A DNA stretch of 64,000 nucleotides, from contig CAVYTM010000003.1 in the NCBI GenBank assembly GCA_963771555.1, positions 500,610 to 564,609 of the forward strand, read 5' to 3'. Shown piece after piece: positions 41,312 to 51,791 of this stretch. Position numbers and translations under genes: made by a program. Source of the stretch: an uncultured Thermoplasmata archaeon (lineage in GTDB: Archaea > Thermoplasmatota > Thermoplasmata > Lutacidiplasmatales > UBA184). Position 1 is the first letter of the stretch; each line of letters starts with the position of its first letter. The notes under the pieces were generated by a model. It was not told the DNA's origin and searched no databases. It saw only the letters and a list, made by a program, of their open reading frames with translations.

Positions 41312-41430
41312 TCCGGCCGCACGACCCGGCTGCGCGGCATAAAAGGAAATGTTCCAGAGGTAGTCGGTAAGTCAACTCGGCAGACCGTGAATGATTTACA
41401 CTCGTTCCGGCCTTCGCCCTCCCGAGACCC

Positions 41431-42822
41431 ATGAGCGAGAGCACTCCATCCTTCGTTCCGTCCCCTGCCGTACCGACGTCCGGGAAGCCCAAGCGCGGCG
41501 TCGTCCTGAAGACACCGATCCCGGGCCCGAATGCGCAGAAAGTGATCGCCCGAGACACCCGCTACCTGATGACGAGCACCAAGACGTCCCCCATCGTGGC
41601 GGCGTCCGGCGACGGAGTCTGGATCACCGACGTCGACGGGAACCGCCTCCTCGACTTCGCGTCGGGGGTCGCGGTCCAAGCGGTCGGGTACTCGCACCCC
41701 GAGGTCGTCCGGGCCGTCCGCGAACAGGTGGGCAAGCTCACCCACTTCGCCGGGACGGATTTCTACTACGAGAACCAGACCCTGCTCGCCGAGAAGCTCG
41801 GGCAGATCACGCCCGGGACGTACGAGAAGAAGGTCTTCTTCACCAACAGCGGGACGGAGAGCGCCGAAGGCGCGCTCAAGATGGCGCGCTGGAACCGCCA
41901 GAAACCGATCGTCATCGGTCTCATCGGAGCGTTCCACGGCCGCACGATGGGATCGCTCACGATGACCACCTCGAAGCCGGTGCAGCGCGCGCGCTTCGGG
42001 GCGTATGTCGGCGGCGGTCACCATATTCCCCCGCCGAACTGCTACCGATGCCCGTACAAGCTCGAGTACCCGAGTTGTGACCTCTATTGTGCGAAGATCC
42101 TGAAGGAGCTCTACTTCCAGACCTCCATCCCACCCGAGGATGTCGCCGCGTTCCTCGCGGAACCGGTCATGGGCGAGGGAGGCTACATCGTTCCGCCCAA
42201 GGGCTGGCATGCCGCCCTCAAGTCCATTCTGGACGAGCACAAGATCCTCCTGATCGATGACGAGGTCCAGGCCGGGATGGGCCGGACCGGCAAGTGGTTC
42301 GCGATCGAGCACCACGGGGTCACGCCGGACATCACGACGATGGCCAAGGCACTCGGTGGGGGCTTCCCCCTCGGTGCGATCGCGTTCCGCAAGGAGCTCG
42401 ATTTCACGACCCCCGGGGCTCACTCGAACACTTTCGGAGGGAACCTCGCGGCCGTGGCCGCAGCGATGGCCACGATCAGCGTGATCGAGAAGGAGCACCT
42501 GCTCGACAACGCGCGCGACCAGGGAAACTACCTGCTCGGCCGGCTGCGCGACCTGCAGACGAAGTTCGAGGAGATCGGCGACGTTCGGGGCCTCGGGCTC
42601 ATGACGGCGACCGAGTTCGTGAAGGACCGCAAGACGAAGGAGCCCGCGGTCGAGTTCCGGGACAAGGTCCTCGTCGAGGCATACAAGCACGGACTCATCC
42701 TCTTGCCCTGCGGCAAATCCGCGATCCGCTACATTCCGCCGCTCATCGTCCGCCGTGAGGAGATCGACGAAGCGATCGAGATCCTCGAGGCCGCGCTGAG
42801 GACGGCTCGTACCGCGGCATGA
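41431..42822 (+). CDS. Class III aminotransferase (4-aminobutyrate/ornithine type)
   Basis: DVDGN..LDF, NSGTES.E, AFHGRT, DEVQAG.GRTG, AKALGGG, HSNTFGGN. Confidence 0.92.
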   Translation: MSESTPSFVPSPAVPTSGKPKRGVVLKTPIPGPNAQKVIARDTRYLMTSTKTSPIVAASGDGVWITDVDGNRLLDFASGVAVQAVGYSHPEVVRAVREQVGKLTHFAGTDFYYENQTLLAEKLGQITPGTYEKKVFFTNSGTESAEGALKMARWNRQKPIVIGLIGAFHGRTMGSLTMTTSKPVQRARFGAYVGGGHHIPPPNCYRCPYKLEYPSCDLYCAKILKELYFQTSIPPEDVAAFLAEPVMGEGGYIVPPKGWHAALKSILDEHKILLIDDEVQAGMGRTGKWFAIEHHGVTPDITTMAKALGGGFPLGAIAFRKELDFTTPGAHSNTFGGNLAAVAAAMATISVIEKEHLLDNARDQGNYLLGRLRDLQTKFEEIGDVRGLGLMTATEFVKDRKTKEPAVEFRDKVLVEAYKHGLILLPCGKSAIRYIPPLIVRREEIDEAIEILEAALRTARTAA

Positions 42823-43859
42823 GGTTTGGCAAACTCGCGGGTCCGGGGACGGTCGTCCTCGAGGAACGCCCCGAGCCCACGCCGAGCCGTGGCGAGGTCA
42901 CGGTCACCCTAGCCGCGTGCGGAGTCTGCGGGACCGACCTCGAGAAGCTGCGGGGGAACTACCGGACCGCCGGTGTGATCGGTCACGAGCCGGTGGGACG
43001 GGTCGCGAAGGTCGGCGAAGGGGTCGAGGACCTCGCGGTCGGCGACCGGGTCTTTGTTCACCACCACGTTCCGTGCTACGCGTGCGAGGTCTGCGCCCGG
43101 GGCGATTACACGTTCTGCCCGACGTATTCGAAGACGAACCTCGACCCCGGAGGCTTCGCCGACACGTTCCGGGTACCGCGGGAGAACGTCGAGCGGAAGG
43201 CGGTCCTGAAGCTCGACCGGAAGGTGGATTGGGACACGGGCGCCCTCCTCGAGCCGGCCGGTTGCGCCCTCACCGCGATACGACGGGTCGGGATGCCCGA
43301 ACAGGCCTCGGTGCTCATCCTGGGTCTCGGCCCGGTCGGGATCCTCTACGCTCGTCTCGTTCGCGCGCTCGGAGCTTCGTGGGTCGCCGGGACCGAGATC
43401 GCGCCGCTGCGAAGGAAGGCGGCCGAGCGGGGCGGGGTCAACGTGACCCTCGACCCGCGGGAACCGGCGAGCGTCCGTGCGGCGGTCGACACGGCCACCC
43501 AGGGGCGCGGCGTCGACCTCGCGGTGGTCGCGACCGGCCATCCCTCGGTCGTGAGGTCGGCGACGGAGCTCGTCCGCCGCGGAGGTACGGTCAACCTGTT
43601 CGGGCTCCCCGAAGCGGGCAGCCGCCTCGACGCCGACCTCCAGGACCTCTACCTGAGAGGGATCCGTCTCGTCCCGTCGTACGCCACCACCGAGACCGAC
43701 ATCGCGGACGTTCAACGGCTCGTCGTGGAGGGGAAGCTCTCGGTCGCTGACCTCGTGACGCACCGCATACCGCTCGGAGAGATCGCCGAGGCGTTCCGTC
43801 TCGCCGGACGCCCGGAGGAGGCTGTCAAGGTGACCGTCACCGGCGCGGCGTCGCCCTAG
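42819..43859 (+). CDS. Zn-binding (MDR) alcohol/polyol dehydrogenase
   Basis: CGVCGTD, GHE..G, C..C..C.....C, G.GPVG. Confidence 0.88.
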   Translation: MRFGKLAGPGTVVLEERPEPTPSRGEVTVTLAACGVCGTDLEKLRGNYRTAGVIGHEPVGRVAKVGEGVEDLAVGDRVFVHHHVPCYACEVCARGDYTFCPTYSKTNLDPGGFADTFRVPRENVERKAVLKLDRKVDWDTGALLEPAGCALTAIRRVGMPEQASVLILGLGPVGILYARLVRALGASWVAGTEIAPLRRKAAERGGVNVTLDPREPASVRAAVDTATQGRGVDLAVVATGHPSVVRSATELVRRGGTVNLFGLPEAGSRLDADLQDLYLRGIRLVPSYATTETDIADVQRLVVEGKLSVADLVTHRIPLGEIAEAFRLAGRPEEAVKVTVTGAASP

Positions 43860-43874
43860 GACCGGACCCGGTCG

Positions 43875-44849
43875 TCAGGCTTCGACGCCCTCGCCGAGGA
43901 CCTGCCCGGTGACGCGGTGTCCCGAGCGGACCCGGACGCGGGGGCCGAGGACGCTGCCGCTCACCGTCGCATCCTTCTCGACCACCACACCGTCCATGAG
44001 GATCGAGTTCTCCACGTGCGCCCCGGCCTCCACGACCGAATCCGGTCCGAGAGTGACGTACGGTCCGAACGAAGCTCCGCTCGCCCGGGCTCCCGTCATC
44101 AGGGCCACCGGTCCCTTCCCGAACGCGCCGTTCGGAAGCGCTCCCTTGCCGCCGCGGCCGTCGTCGAAGAGGAGCTTCTGGGAGCGGAGCAATCGCTCCG
44201 GGGTCCCGGCGTCGTCGAAGTAGCCCGCGATCCGGAACCCGTAGACACCTCGGGAGAGCAAGCCCGGCACGATCTCCCGCTCGAAGCTCACCTCGCGGCC
44301 GGCCGGGATCACGTCGAGCACCGCGCGGCTCCAGATTGCGAGCCCCGCGTTGATCCAGTGGGAGGGAGCGTCGGCCGGCTCGGGCTTTTCGACGAAGGCA
44401 TGGATCCGGTCGCCGCGGTCGAGCGCCGCCACTCCGTACGGGCGCGTGTCCTCGACCTCGGCGAGGCCCATCGTGCCGATGCCGCCGCGAGCGCGATGCT
44501 GTTTCGCCATCTCGTTCAGGTCGGCCCGGACGATGACGTCCGAGTTGACGAAGTAGAACGGGTCGCTCATCGCTTCCCCGGCGTTCTTCATCCCCCCGCC
44601 GGTTCCGAGCGGCACCGCCTCGGGTACCGTACGGACGGCGAACCCCGGAGGATGGGCTCGTACGAAGGCATCGATCACGTCGGCCTTGTAGCCGGTCGCG
44701 AAGACGACCTCCTCGAGGTCGGTCGGCAGGAGGTCGAGGACGTGATAGAGCATCGGCTTACCGGCGAGGGGGATGAGCTGCTTCGGCACCGTGTAGGTGA
44801 TGGGACGCAGCCGGGTGCCGAATCCGCCGATGAGGATGAGCGCCTTCAT
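43875..44849 (-). CDS. NDP-sugar pyrophosphorylase (mannose-1-P guanylyl / glucose-1-P thymidylyltransferase family)
   Basis: GGFGTRLRP.T...PKQL, PLGTGG, FVEKP, C-terminal hexapeptide region. Confidence 0.88.
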   Translation of the reverse strand: MKALILIGGFGTRLRPITYTVPKQLIPLAGKPMLYHVLDLLPTDLEEVVFATGYKADVIDAFVRAHPPGFAVRTVPEAVPLGTGGGMKNAGEAMSDPFYFVNSDVIVRADLNEMAKQHRARGGIGTMGLAEVEDTRPYGVAALDRGDRIHAFVEKPEPADAPSHWINAGLAIWSRAVLDVIPAGREVSFEREIVPGLLSRGVYGFRIAGYFDDAGTPERLLRSQKLLFDDGRGGKGALPNGAFGKGPVALMTGARASGASFGPYVTLGPDSVVEAGAHVENSILMDGVVVEKDATVSGSVLGPRVRVRSGHRVTGQVLGEGVEA

Positions 44850-44894
44850 CTCGGGGGGCAGAAGTGAGGCTCCCCAAATCGGCTTCGGTTTCCG

Positions 44895-46098
44895 TTAGAG
44901 GAGCCGCGAGGGCTCCCCGTGCTCCGCTGCCCGGGAATACTCTCGCTCGACCACGTGCTTGAGGAGTCGCGCCGGACTTCCCCAGATCGTCACCCGGCTC
45001 AACGTACCCGGCCCCGCGCCCGACCCCAAGCGCCACGATGACGCCGCGTTCTTTGTACCGGAATACCTCGAGCTCGACGCCGTTCGCTCGGGCCACGATG
45101 TTGCGGGCGGCGACCCGCGACTCGGCGAGCGCCGCCTGGGCGGTCCCCGGAACCAACATTCCGGTCGCCGGGTCACGGAACTCCGCCACGTCGCCTACCG
45201 CGAACACCCCCGGATGGCCCGGCACCTCGAGCGTGGGCTCGGTCGCGATACGACCTCCCTTCCCGTGCGGAACGGGTAGATCTCGAACGAGGGCCGGAGC
45301 TTCGACGCCCGCGCACCAGACCGCCGCGTCGCACGCGAGGACGCTCCCGTCCTCGAGGTGGACCCGATTCGGTTCGACGTTCACGACGTTGAGACCGTGG
45401 ACGATCGTCACGCCGATCTCGTGGAGGATACGGCGGGCGTGATCGACCAGGCGGGGCGGAAACCCCGCGAGGAACGGGAGCGCGCCCGCGAGCAAGTAGA
45501 CGTCGGGCGGGCGGACCGGGGTCCCCGTGAGCTTTCCCCACGCGGTCGTGGCGACCTCGGCCGCGAGTTCGGTGCCGGTCGACCCTCCGCCGATCACGAC
45601 GATCCGGGGACGGCGTTCGCCCTTCAGGTCCGCGGAGGCTCGTTCGATGTCGATGAGGGCGCGGCCGAGCCGCTGTGCCCCCGAGAGCCGGTAGACGTTG
45701 TGCGTGTGTTCGGCGGCGCCGGTCACTCCGTAGTACGTGGCGACGTTGCCGAGACAGACCGCGAGCGACCCGTACGGAAGGTCCGCGCCATCGACCCGAA
45801 CGACGCTACGGACGAGGTCGATCCCCTCGACGTTGCCCTGTCGGACCGTCACGGAGGTTCGGTCGAACACGCGTCCGAGCGGGACCGTCCACCGGGCCAC
45901 ATCGCCCTCCGCGGCCGCGATCTGCCCGACCTCGTAAAGCTCCGTACGCAGAACATGGATCGAGTGTCGGTCGACGAGGACCACGGGAATCGACCCCTGG
46001 GAACGTCGATGAACCTCCTCCGCGACGGTGAGGCCCGCGTATCCGGCTCCGAGGATGACGAGCGGAGCGCGCGGAGAGGACACAGTGGTCCCGGACAC
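44895..46098 (-). CDS. Type II NADH dehydrogenase-like FAD oxidoreductase, frameshifted at about 45008
   Basis: LGAGYAG, IGGGSTG.E, WCAG, FAVGD, AQ.A; C terminus (TLSRVTIWGSPARLLK) lies in the frame ending at 44895. Confidence 0.82.
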
Positions 46099-46181
46099 GA
46101 TTCTCCCGGCCGTCGGGAGGCCATAGGCTTGGCGGCGCCGTCTCCGCGAATCGATATCAACCCTCCACGACTACGATACCG

Positions 46182-46640
46182 GTGATGACCATCCGATCGG
46201 TCCTGATCGCGGACGACATGCTCGAGTCCTCCCAGCACGCGCTCGAGGAAGCCGTGGACATCGCGAAGCTCGCCAACGCGAAACTGACGCTCGTGAGCGT
46301 CATTTCGGTGATCTCGCCCGGGTTCGGCATTCCGGTCCCGATCGGAGACTCCTTCGAGGCGCTGCTCGAGGCCGCGAAGCGGCGACTCGAGGCGCAGAAG
46401 GCGCGTCTTCTCGCGGAAGGGGTGCGGGAGGTCGAAACGGTGTTCCTCGAGGGGGACCCGGTCGAGCAGGTCGTGGAGTACGCGGAGAAGCACCCACCGG
46501 ACCTCATCGTGGTCGGGTCCCGGGGTCTCTCGACCGCGGGCCGCTTCTTCCTCGGGAGCGTCTCGGACGGGATCCTTCACCACGTCCACTGCTCGGTGCT
46601 CGTCGTGAAGACGCCAGCGACCCCGAAGATGCCCAGCTGA
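46182..46640 (+). CDS. Universal stress protein
   Basis: GDP...V..YA, DLIVVGSRG, FLGSVS..I..H..CSVLVV. Confidence 0.93.
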   Translation: MMTIRSVLIADDMLESSQHALEEAVDIAKLANAKLTLVSVISVISPGFGIPVPIGDSFEALLEAAKRRLEAQKARLLAEGVREVETVFLEGDPVEQVVEYAEKHPPDLIVVGSRGLSTAGRFFLGSVSDGILHHVHCSVLVVKTPATPKMPS

Positions 46641-46700
46641 ACCGGACGATCGGCCCCTGGGGGCGTAGATGCAATCCGGGCCGAGCTCGACCGCTCGCCG

Positions 46701-47642
46701 TCAGTTCGTGGGTTTGTGCCGCCAGTGGTCCAGAATATCCTTCAACGTATCCGTGAAGGAGAATTGGGGACTCCAGCCGAGCTCTCGGATCTTCGCGATG
46801 TCCGCCCACTGGACCGGCTCGTCGAGCGGTCGTCGGAGCTCCTCGACCACTTCGACTCGAATCGGGACCGTGGCGAGGCCCACGAGGCGGTCGACGTTCT
46901 CCCGGATCGAGCGAGATTCACCGCGAGCGATGTTGTAGGCTTCCCCCGGGTTCCCCTTCGCGAGGACCAGGCCCATCGCTCGAACCGCGTCCCGTACGTC
47001 CGAGATGTCGCGCTTCGGGTCGATGTTGCCGACCCGCAGGACGCCGGGTTTACCCGTGCGTTCGATCTTCGCTATCTGGCTCGCGAAATCGTTCGACGAG
47101 TCCCCGACCTTCCCGGGACCGCTCGTGGCGAAGATCCGGTAGCGAAGCGTCCGAACGCCGTACCGTTCGAAATAGACCCGACAGAGGAGGTCGGCCGCCA
47201 CTTTGCTCGCGCCGTAGGGGCTCTGGGGAGCGAACTCGGCGGTCTCGGGGGTCGGGACCAGCTTCGGAGTTCCGTACTCGGTGACGCTTCCCGCGTAGCC
47301 GATCGCCGCGGAGACGCGTGCGTTCCGCACGGCTTCGAGGAGGTTGAGCGTCCCCAGGAGGTTCGTTTCGTACGTGAGATGCGGGTCTTCCCAGGACTTC
47401 ATGACGAAGGCTTGGCCGGCGAAATGATAGACCTCTTCCGGGGCGACCTTGCGAACGAGGGCGGCCACGGCCGCCGGGTCGCGCACGTCCAGGGTCTCGT
47501 ACGTCACGCCCGGTACTTTCGGGAGGGCGTCCGACCGGACCTCCTCGAGGCGGGTGCCGACGACCTCGTCGCCGCGCTCCTGGAGGTACCGGGCCATGTA
47601 CGAGCCGAGGAATCCGGTGGCCCCGGTGACGAGGACGCGCAT
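46701..47642 (-). CDS. GDP-mannose 4,6-dehydratase / GDP-4-keto-6-deoxymannose reductase family
   Basis: VTGATGFLG, YHFAGQAFV..SW, SPYGASK, GN....RD..DVRD; ATG at 47642. Confidence 0.85.
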   Translation of the reverse strand: MRVLVTGATGFLGSYMARYLQERGDEVVGTRLEEVRSDALPKVPGVTYETLDVRDPAAVAALVRKVAPEEVYHFAGQAFVMKSWEDPHLTYETNLLGTLNLLEAVRNARVSAAIGYAGSVTEYGTPKLVPTPETAEFAPQSPYGASKVAADLLCRVYFERYGVRTLRYRIFATSGPGKVGDSSNDFASQIAKIERTGKPGVLRVGNIDPKRDISDVRDAVRAMGLVLAKGNPGEAYNIARGESRSIRENVDRLVGLATVPIRVEVVEELRRPLDEPVQWADIAKIRELGWSPQFSFTDTLKDILDHWRHKPTN

Positions 47643-47668
47643 CCGGCCTCCGGGAGAGCCGAGGCCCT

Positions 47669-49074
47669 TTAACCGTTGGTCCGCGCCGGCGCGTAGCGGG
47701 CGGTGAAGTGAGGGAGTCGCTCCGGACGGTACGTCATCGTGAGCCCCTGGATCTTGGACCGGCGTTCGTAGACCCGCCCGACCACCTCGGCCACGTACGC
47801 GAGATGGCTCGCCGAATAGACGCGTCGGGGGATGGCCAGCCGCACGAGCTCGAGAGGTCGCTGCGACTGCGAGCCTCCGGGGAACATGATGGAGCCGACC
47901 TCGACGCTGCGGATCCCCCCTCTCGGTAGAGCTCCACGGCGAGCGCCTGTCCCGGTAGGTCAGCATCCGAAAGATGGGGGAGGAATCGGTCCACGTCGAG
48001 ATAGATGGCGTGACCACCGACCGGATGCAGAAAGGGAACGCTCCGTTGGTCGAGGAGGGCTCCGAGATAGCGAACCTGCCCGATCCGGTGCGCCAGGTAC
48101 TCGAGGTCCATCGCTTCCTCGAGACCGACCGTCATCGCTTCGAGGTCCCGTCGCGCGAGGCCTCCGTACGTCGGGAATCCCTCGAACAGGATCAGCGCCT
48201 CCTTGAGACGCTCGGCGAGGGGCGCGTCCCGGACCGCAACGAACCCTCCGATGTTGACGAGACCATCCTTCTTCGCGCTCATGGTCGCGCCGTCCGCGAG
48301 GTCGAAGAACGCCCGACCGATCTCCGCGATCGAGCGCGCACCCATTCCGGGCTCGCGCTCCCGGACGAAGAATGCGTTCTCCGCCCAACGGCACATGTCG
48401 AGGTAGACCGGCACTCCATGACCGTGCGCGACCCGGGCCACTTCGGTGAAGTTCGCGAGCGAGACCGGTTGGCCGCCCCCCGTGTTGTTCGTGATCGTCA
48501 CCATGACGAGCGGGACGCGTTCCTTGCCTTCGACCGTCAGCAAACGGTCCAGCGCGGCCGTGTCGAGGTTTCCTTTGAACGGAAAGTCGCTCACCGCGTC
48601 GTACGCTTCTGCCACGGCGAGATTGACCGGGGTTCCCCCGGCGTGCACCACATGTGCCTGGGTCGTGTCAAAGTGCATGTTGTTGGGCACGATGTGGCCG
48701 GCGTGGCACAAAGTCGAGAACAGGAGATGCTCTGCGGCGCGTCCCTGGTGAGCCGGGATCACGTGAGGGAAGCCGGTGATCTCGCGTACCTTCGCTTCGA
48801 AATGAGCAAAGTTGCGGCTCCCGGCGTAGGACTCATCGCCCAACATCATCGCGGCCCACTGGCGGTCGCTCATCGCGCCGGTTCCCGAGTCCGTCAAGAG
48901 GTCGATTCGGACCTCTTCCGAGCGGAGATTGAAGAGATTGAACCCGGCCCGTTCGAGAGCCGCCTCCCGCTGTCGCGCGGTCGGGTTCGGCATCCGTTCG
49001 ACGACCTTCGCCTTGAACGGCTCGAACGGCAACACCGCATCGGGTGGGGTCATACCGTGTTGGACCAGCCCCAT
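47669..49074 (-). CDS. tnaA: Tryptophanase (beta-eliminating lyase), frameshifted in a C run at 47915-47920
   Basis: IDLLTDSGT, QGR.AE, MSAKKDG PLP Lys, RLAIPRRVY and HFTAR (His as in tryptophanase rather than the Phe of tyrosine phenol-lyase) after correction. Confidence 0.82.
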
Positions 49075-49220
49075 CTATTTGAGGCCGTTCGGGACGGGGG
49101 GGTATGGGCGACTCGGGCCAACGAAACACCGGTTTGCCACCCGAGTAGGGCTCGGAGCCCCCCTATTCGGACTGAACGAGGGTCTTAAGTGGGGGTGTCG
49201 ATAAGGGCGCCCGAAGCTCC

Positions 49221-49883
49221 ATGGCCGCACCAGCGTATCCGATGCCGCCCATGATGGCAGCCGAACCGCCCGAGATGCAGTCGATCAAGTCGATGCTGCA
49301 CATCGTGAGGATTCTCGCGATCGTCTTCGGCGTCCTCATTCTCCTTGTCGGCGTCGCCTACGCGGCATGGATTGCCTACCTCTCCACGGTCTGTTCGACC
49401 TATGTCGGGTACGACGCTTACTGCGGTGGCGCTGTTCTCGCCGCGCTCATCCCGGCCATTTTCCTCGCGATTGCGGGCGTGGTGGCAATCATCGTCTACA
49501 TGCAGATGAAGTCGATCGAGGCGAAGGTCAACGCCCACCAGTTCGAGGCAGCGAAGTCGCAGACCTTGATCTGGATGATCCTCGGGTTCATCTTCGGCTT
49601 TCTCCTCGGCATTCTGTTGCTGATTGCGTACATCAAATTCGACCCGCTCATCAACTGGCAGAGGACCCAGCAACAGGGAGGCGCCCCGCCTCCCGGCTAT
49701 GCGCCCCAGTACGCCGCTCCTCCCCAACAGTACGCTGCACCCGCCCCGATGGCGCCGCCTCCCCCGGCCCCAGCGCCGGTCGCGGCCCCGGCGGCTCCGA
49801 ACTGCGCGAAGTGCGGCAAGCCGACCACGTACATCGCCCAGTACGGTCGGTACTACTGCTACGCGGACAACCTCTACGTGTAG
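49221..49883 (+). CDS. Membrane protein with Pro-rich tail and C-terminal Zn ribbon
   Basis: Three to four TM helices, PAP repeats, CAKCG...YGRYYC. Confidence 0.7.
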   Translation: MAAPAYPMPPMMAAEPPEMQSIKSMLHIVRILAIVFGVLILLVGVAYAAWIAYLSTVCSTYVGYDAYCGGAVLAALIPAIFLAIAGVVAIIVYMQMKSIEAKVNAHQFEAAKSQTLIWMILGFIFGFLLGILLLIAYIKFDPLINWQRTQQQGGAPPPGYAPQYAAPPQQYAAPAPMAPPPPAPAPVAAPAAPNCAKCGKPTTYIAQYGRYYCYADNLYV

Positions 49884-49965
49884 AGGGGTTCCCGGCAGGG
49901 GACGGAGACGTCCAGAGCTGGCTTAGGGCGGCTTCGGCCTCCCCCGGACCAAGTGGAACCTTTCC

Positions 49966-50439
49966 TCAGGGTGGGTTCTTCCGAGCCGGGACGCAGCTCT
50001 CGCACAGGACCTTTCCGAGAGCGTTCCATCGCCCGCAGGATTGACACGGGATGATGTCGTCGGGAAGCTCGAGCTCCGTTCGTCGTGCCCGGCGCGCAGA
50101 GGCGATCTCGGCGAGCATCGTTCGGGACGACGCCGCCCGTCCTAGTTCGTAGATCGCGCCATCGACCTCGATCCCCTCGAGGGTCATTCGGTCGCCGTAG
50201 CCGATCCGCATCTCGGTGCGGTGAGGGGCAGCGCCTCCGATCCCTTCGAGCGACATCGGACGGTCGGAGGTGGGGGGATGAGAACGACCGAAGAGTCCAG
50301 CCTTGGCCACAAAGAAGAGGCGACGATTCGTCAGGAAGAGGTTACCGGAGGTGGGGTGACCGGGCGTCGCCGCCGGGGTGCGTGCCGGCCAGGCGCGCAG
50401 GAGGCGCTCCCCGGGGGAGAGTTCTGGGGTCGGGGTCAT
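49966..50439 (-). CDS. Hypothetical PH/GRAM-like protein with C-terminal Zn ribbon
   Basis: G.L.LTN.RL.F motif and CQSC..CESC. Confidence 0.6.
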   Translation of the reverse strand: MTPTPELSPGERLLRAWPARTPAATPGHPTSGNLFLTNRRLFFVAKAGLFGRSHPPTSDRPMSLEGIGGAAPHRTEMRIGYGDRMTLEGIEVDGAIYELGRAASSRTMLAEIASARRARRTELELPDDIIPCQSCGRWNALGKVLCESCVPARKNPP

Positions 50440-50720
50440 ACCGGGGAGACCGGCACCGCAGGGCCGTGAAGCGCAGGAGCCCAGCCGAGCCCCCGAAGGC
50501 GCTTATCCACTTCTTCGAACGCGTGGAGATGATGACCGCAGAACTCGACCTCGAGGACCGCCGCGCCGTCCCGGTGGTTCCCGCGTTCCATTCCTCGAAC
50601 CGCACTTCGGTACTCGGCCGGTAGAGCGCACGTCACGTCGATGTCGGATACCTCGAAGTGCGAAAAGTAGCCGGCCGGGATCGCATGGCGAAAGGCGGTT
50701 CGAACGTCACAAAGGCCCAT
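50436..50720 (-). CDS. Hypothetical protein (94 aa)
   Basis: ATG start; stop overlaps the next start; AT-rich box upstream. Confidence 0.45.
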   Translation of the reverse strand: MGLCDVRTAFRHAIPAGYFSHFEVSDIDVTCALPAEYRSAVRGMERGNHRDGAAVLEVEFCGHHLHAFEEVDKRLRGLGWAPALHGPAVPVSPV

Positions 50721-50855
50721 GCGGGCGTCTCTCCCTTCCTAATACAAGGCTCTGGCGCTCGACGCGCCTCCTCCTCGATGGGCCACCTGCCTCGGTCCGT
50801 TTTCGTGTCTCTCGGATGAGGACCCGCGAGATGGGGACTTTCCCGCCGAACGCTC

Positions 50856-51179
50856 TCAGTCGGTCTCGGCGGGTGCAAAGACGACGAGCAGGACGAGTGC
50901 TTCCGCGATGGAGTGGAAACGGTGTTCTTCCCGGGCGGGGACGAAGAGAACGTCCCCTGCCTCGACACTCCGATCTTCCGTCCCTTGGTGGAACCGGCCC
51001 CGCCCCCGGACCACGTAGTAGATCTCGTCCTCTTGGTGGGGGAGCTGACGGTCGGCCGCCCCGCGCTCGAGCACGTAGACTCCCGCGCTCATGGCCGGCA
51101 GGCGAAGGAACTCATGGTAACCGTGCGAAGTTTTCCGGGCGGTGTCGGCGAGGCGGTTTACCGAAGGGAGGGGCTCCAT
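50856..51179 (-). CDS. Cupin domain protein
   Basis: PH.EDEIYYV..G.G, GD..FVPA..EH.F; start moved to ATG at 51179. Confidence 0.85.
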   Translation of the reverse strand: MEPLPSVNRLADTARKTSHGYHEFLRLPAMSAGVYVLERGAADRQLPHQEDEIYYVVRGRGRFHQGTEDRSVEAGDVLFVPAREEHRFHSIAEALVLLVVFAPAETD

Positions 51180-51299
51180 GGGCAGCTCGAGCTCCGCGCC
51201 CACGATATGGCTTACCTCGGTCCCGGATTCTCCCGGACGCTCGAGGAAATGGTTCACCCGCCGCTCCGTGCGGGGCGGCGGGCGTTGGCGCTTACGCGC

Positions 51300-51551
51300 C
51301 TATGCGGTCGCTGTCGGCTCCGGGGCCGGGTCGGCTTCGGGCTCTGACTTCCTCGGGGTGCCGAACGACCGGAGGAATCGTCCCCAGCGGGCTCGGGCGC
51401 CGTCCTTCGGACGGGGAGCTCCCGAGACCGTTCGGGCTACCCAACGGCAGTCCTCGCGGGGGAATTCGCGCGCGGCGAACTCCCTAACGTTCGCACTCCG
51501 GGGAAGGGAGCGCGCGGCGAAGTCGGCTCGTACGATCTGATCCGCCAGCAT
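51300..51551 (-). CDS. Hypothetical protein (83 aa)
   Basis: ATG preceded by gaggagggaga SD-like run; fills an otherwise empty gap. Confidence 0.45.
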   Translation of the reverse strand: MLADQIVRADFAARSLPRSANVREFAAREFPREDCRWVARTVSGAPRPKDGARARWGRFLRSFGTPRKSEPEADPAPEPTATA

Positions 51552-51791
51552 CCTCTCCCTCCTCGGTCATATGCCTCGACCAAACGACTCGGGTGGGCTA
51601 CATAACGCCTCAGGCTGAGAGGAAGCGGTAGACCCCCCCAGGTAACCTGCCCACTCGTCGTCAACCCCCTTTTAACAGCATTGTCGGACGTTTGTCCGAC
51701 ATTCACTTTGAAGCCTGTCGACAGGGGAATTGCGGACTCGCGAACGAAGCGAACCTGGTTTGGGAAGTCGCCGTCCGGACTTCCAGTCTCC

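Noticed and set aside
49680-49800. Short tandem-like repeats (also 37100-37170)
   Set aside because: They encode Pro/Ala and Gly/Asn linkers; there is no CRISPR-like repeat-spacer periodicity.
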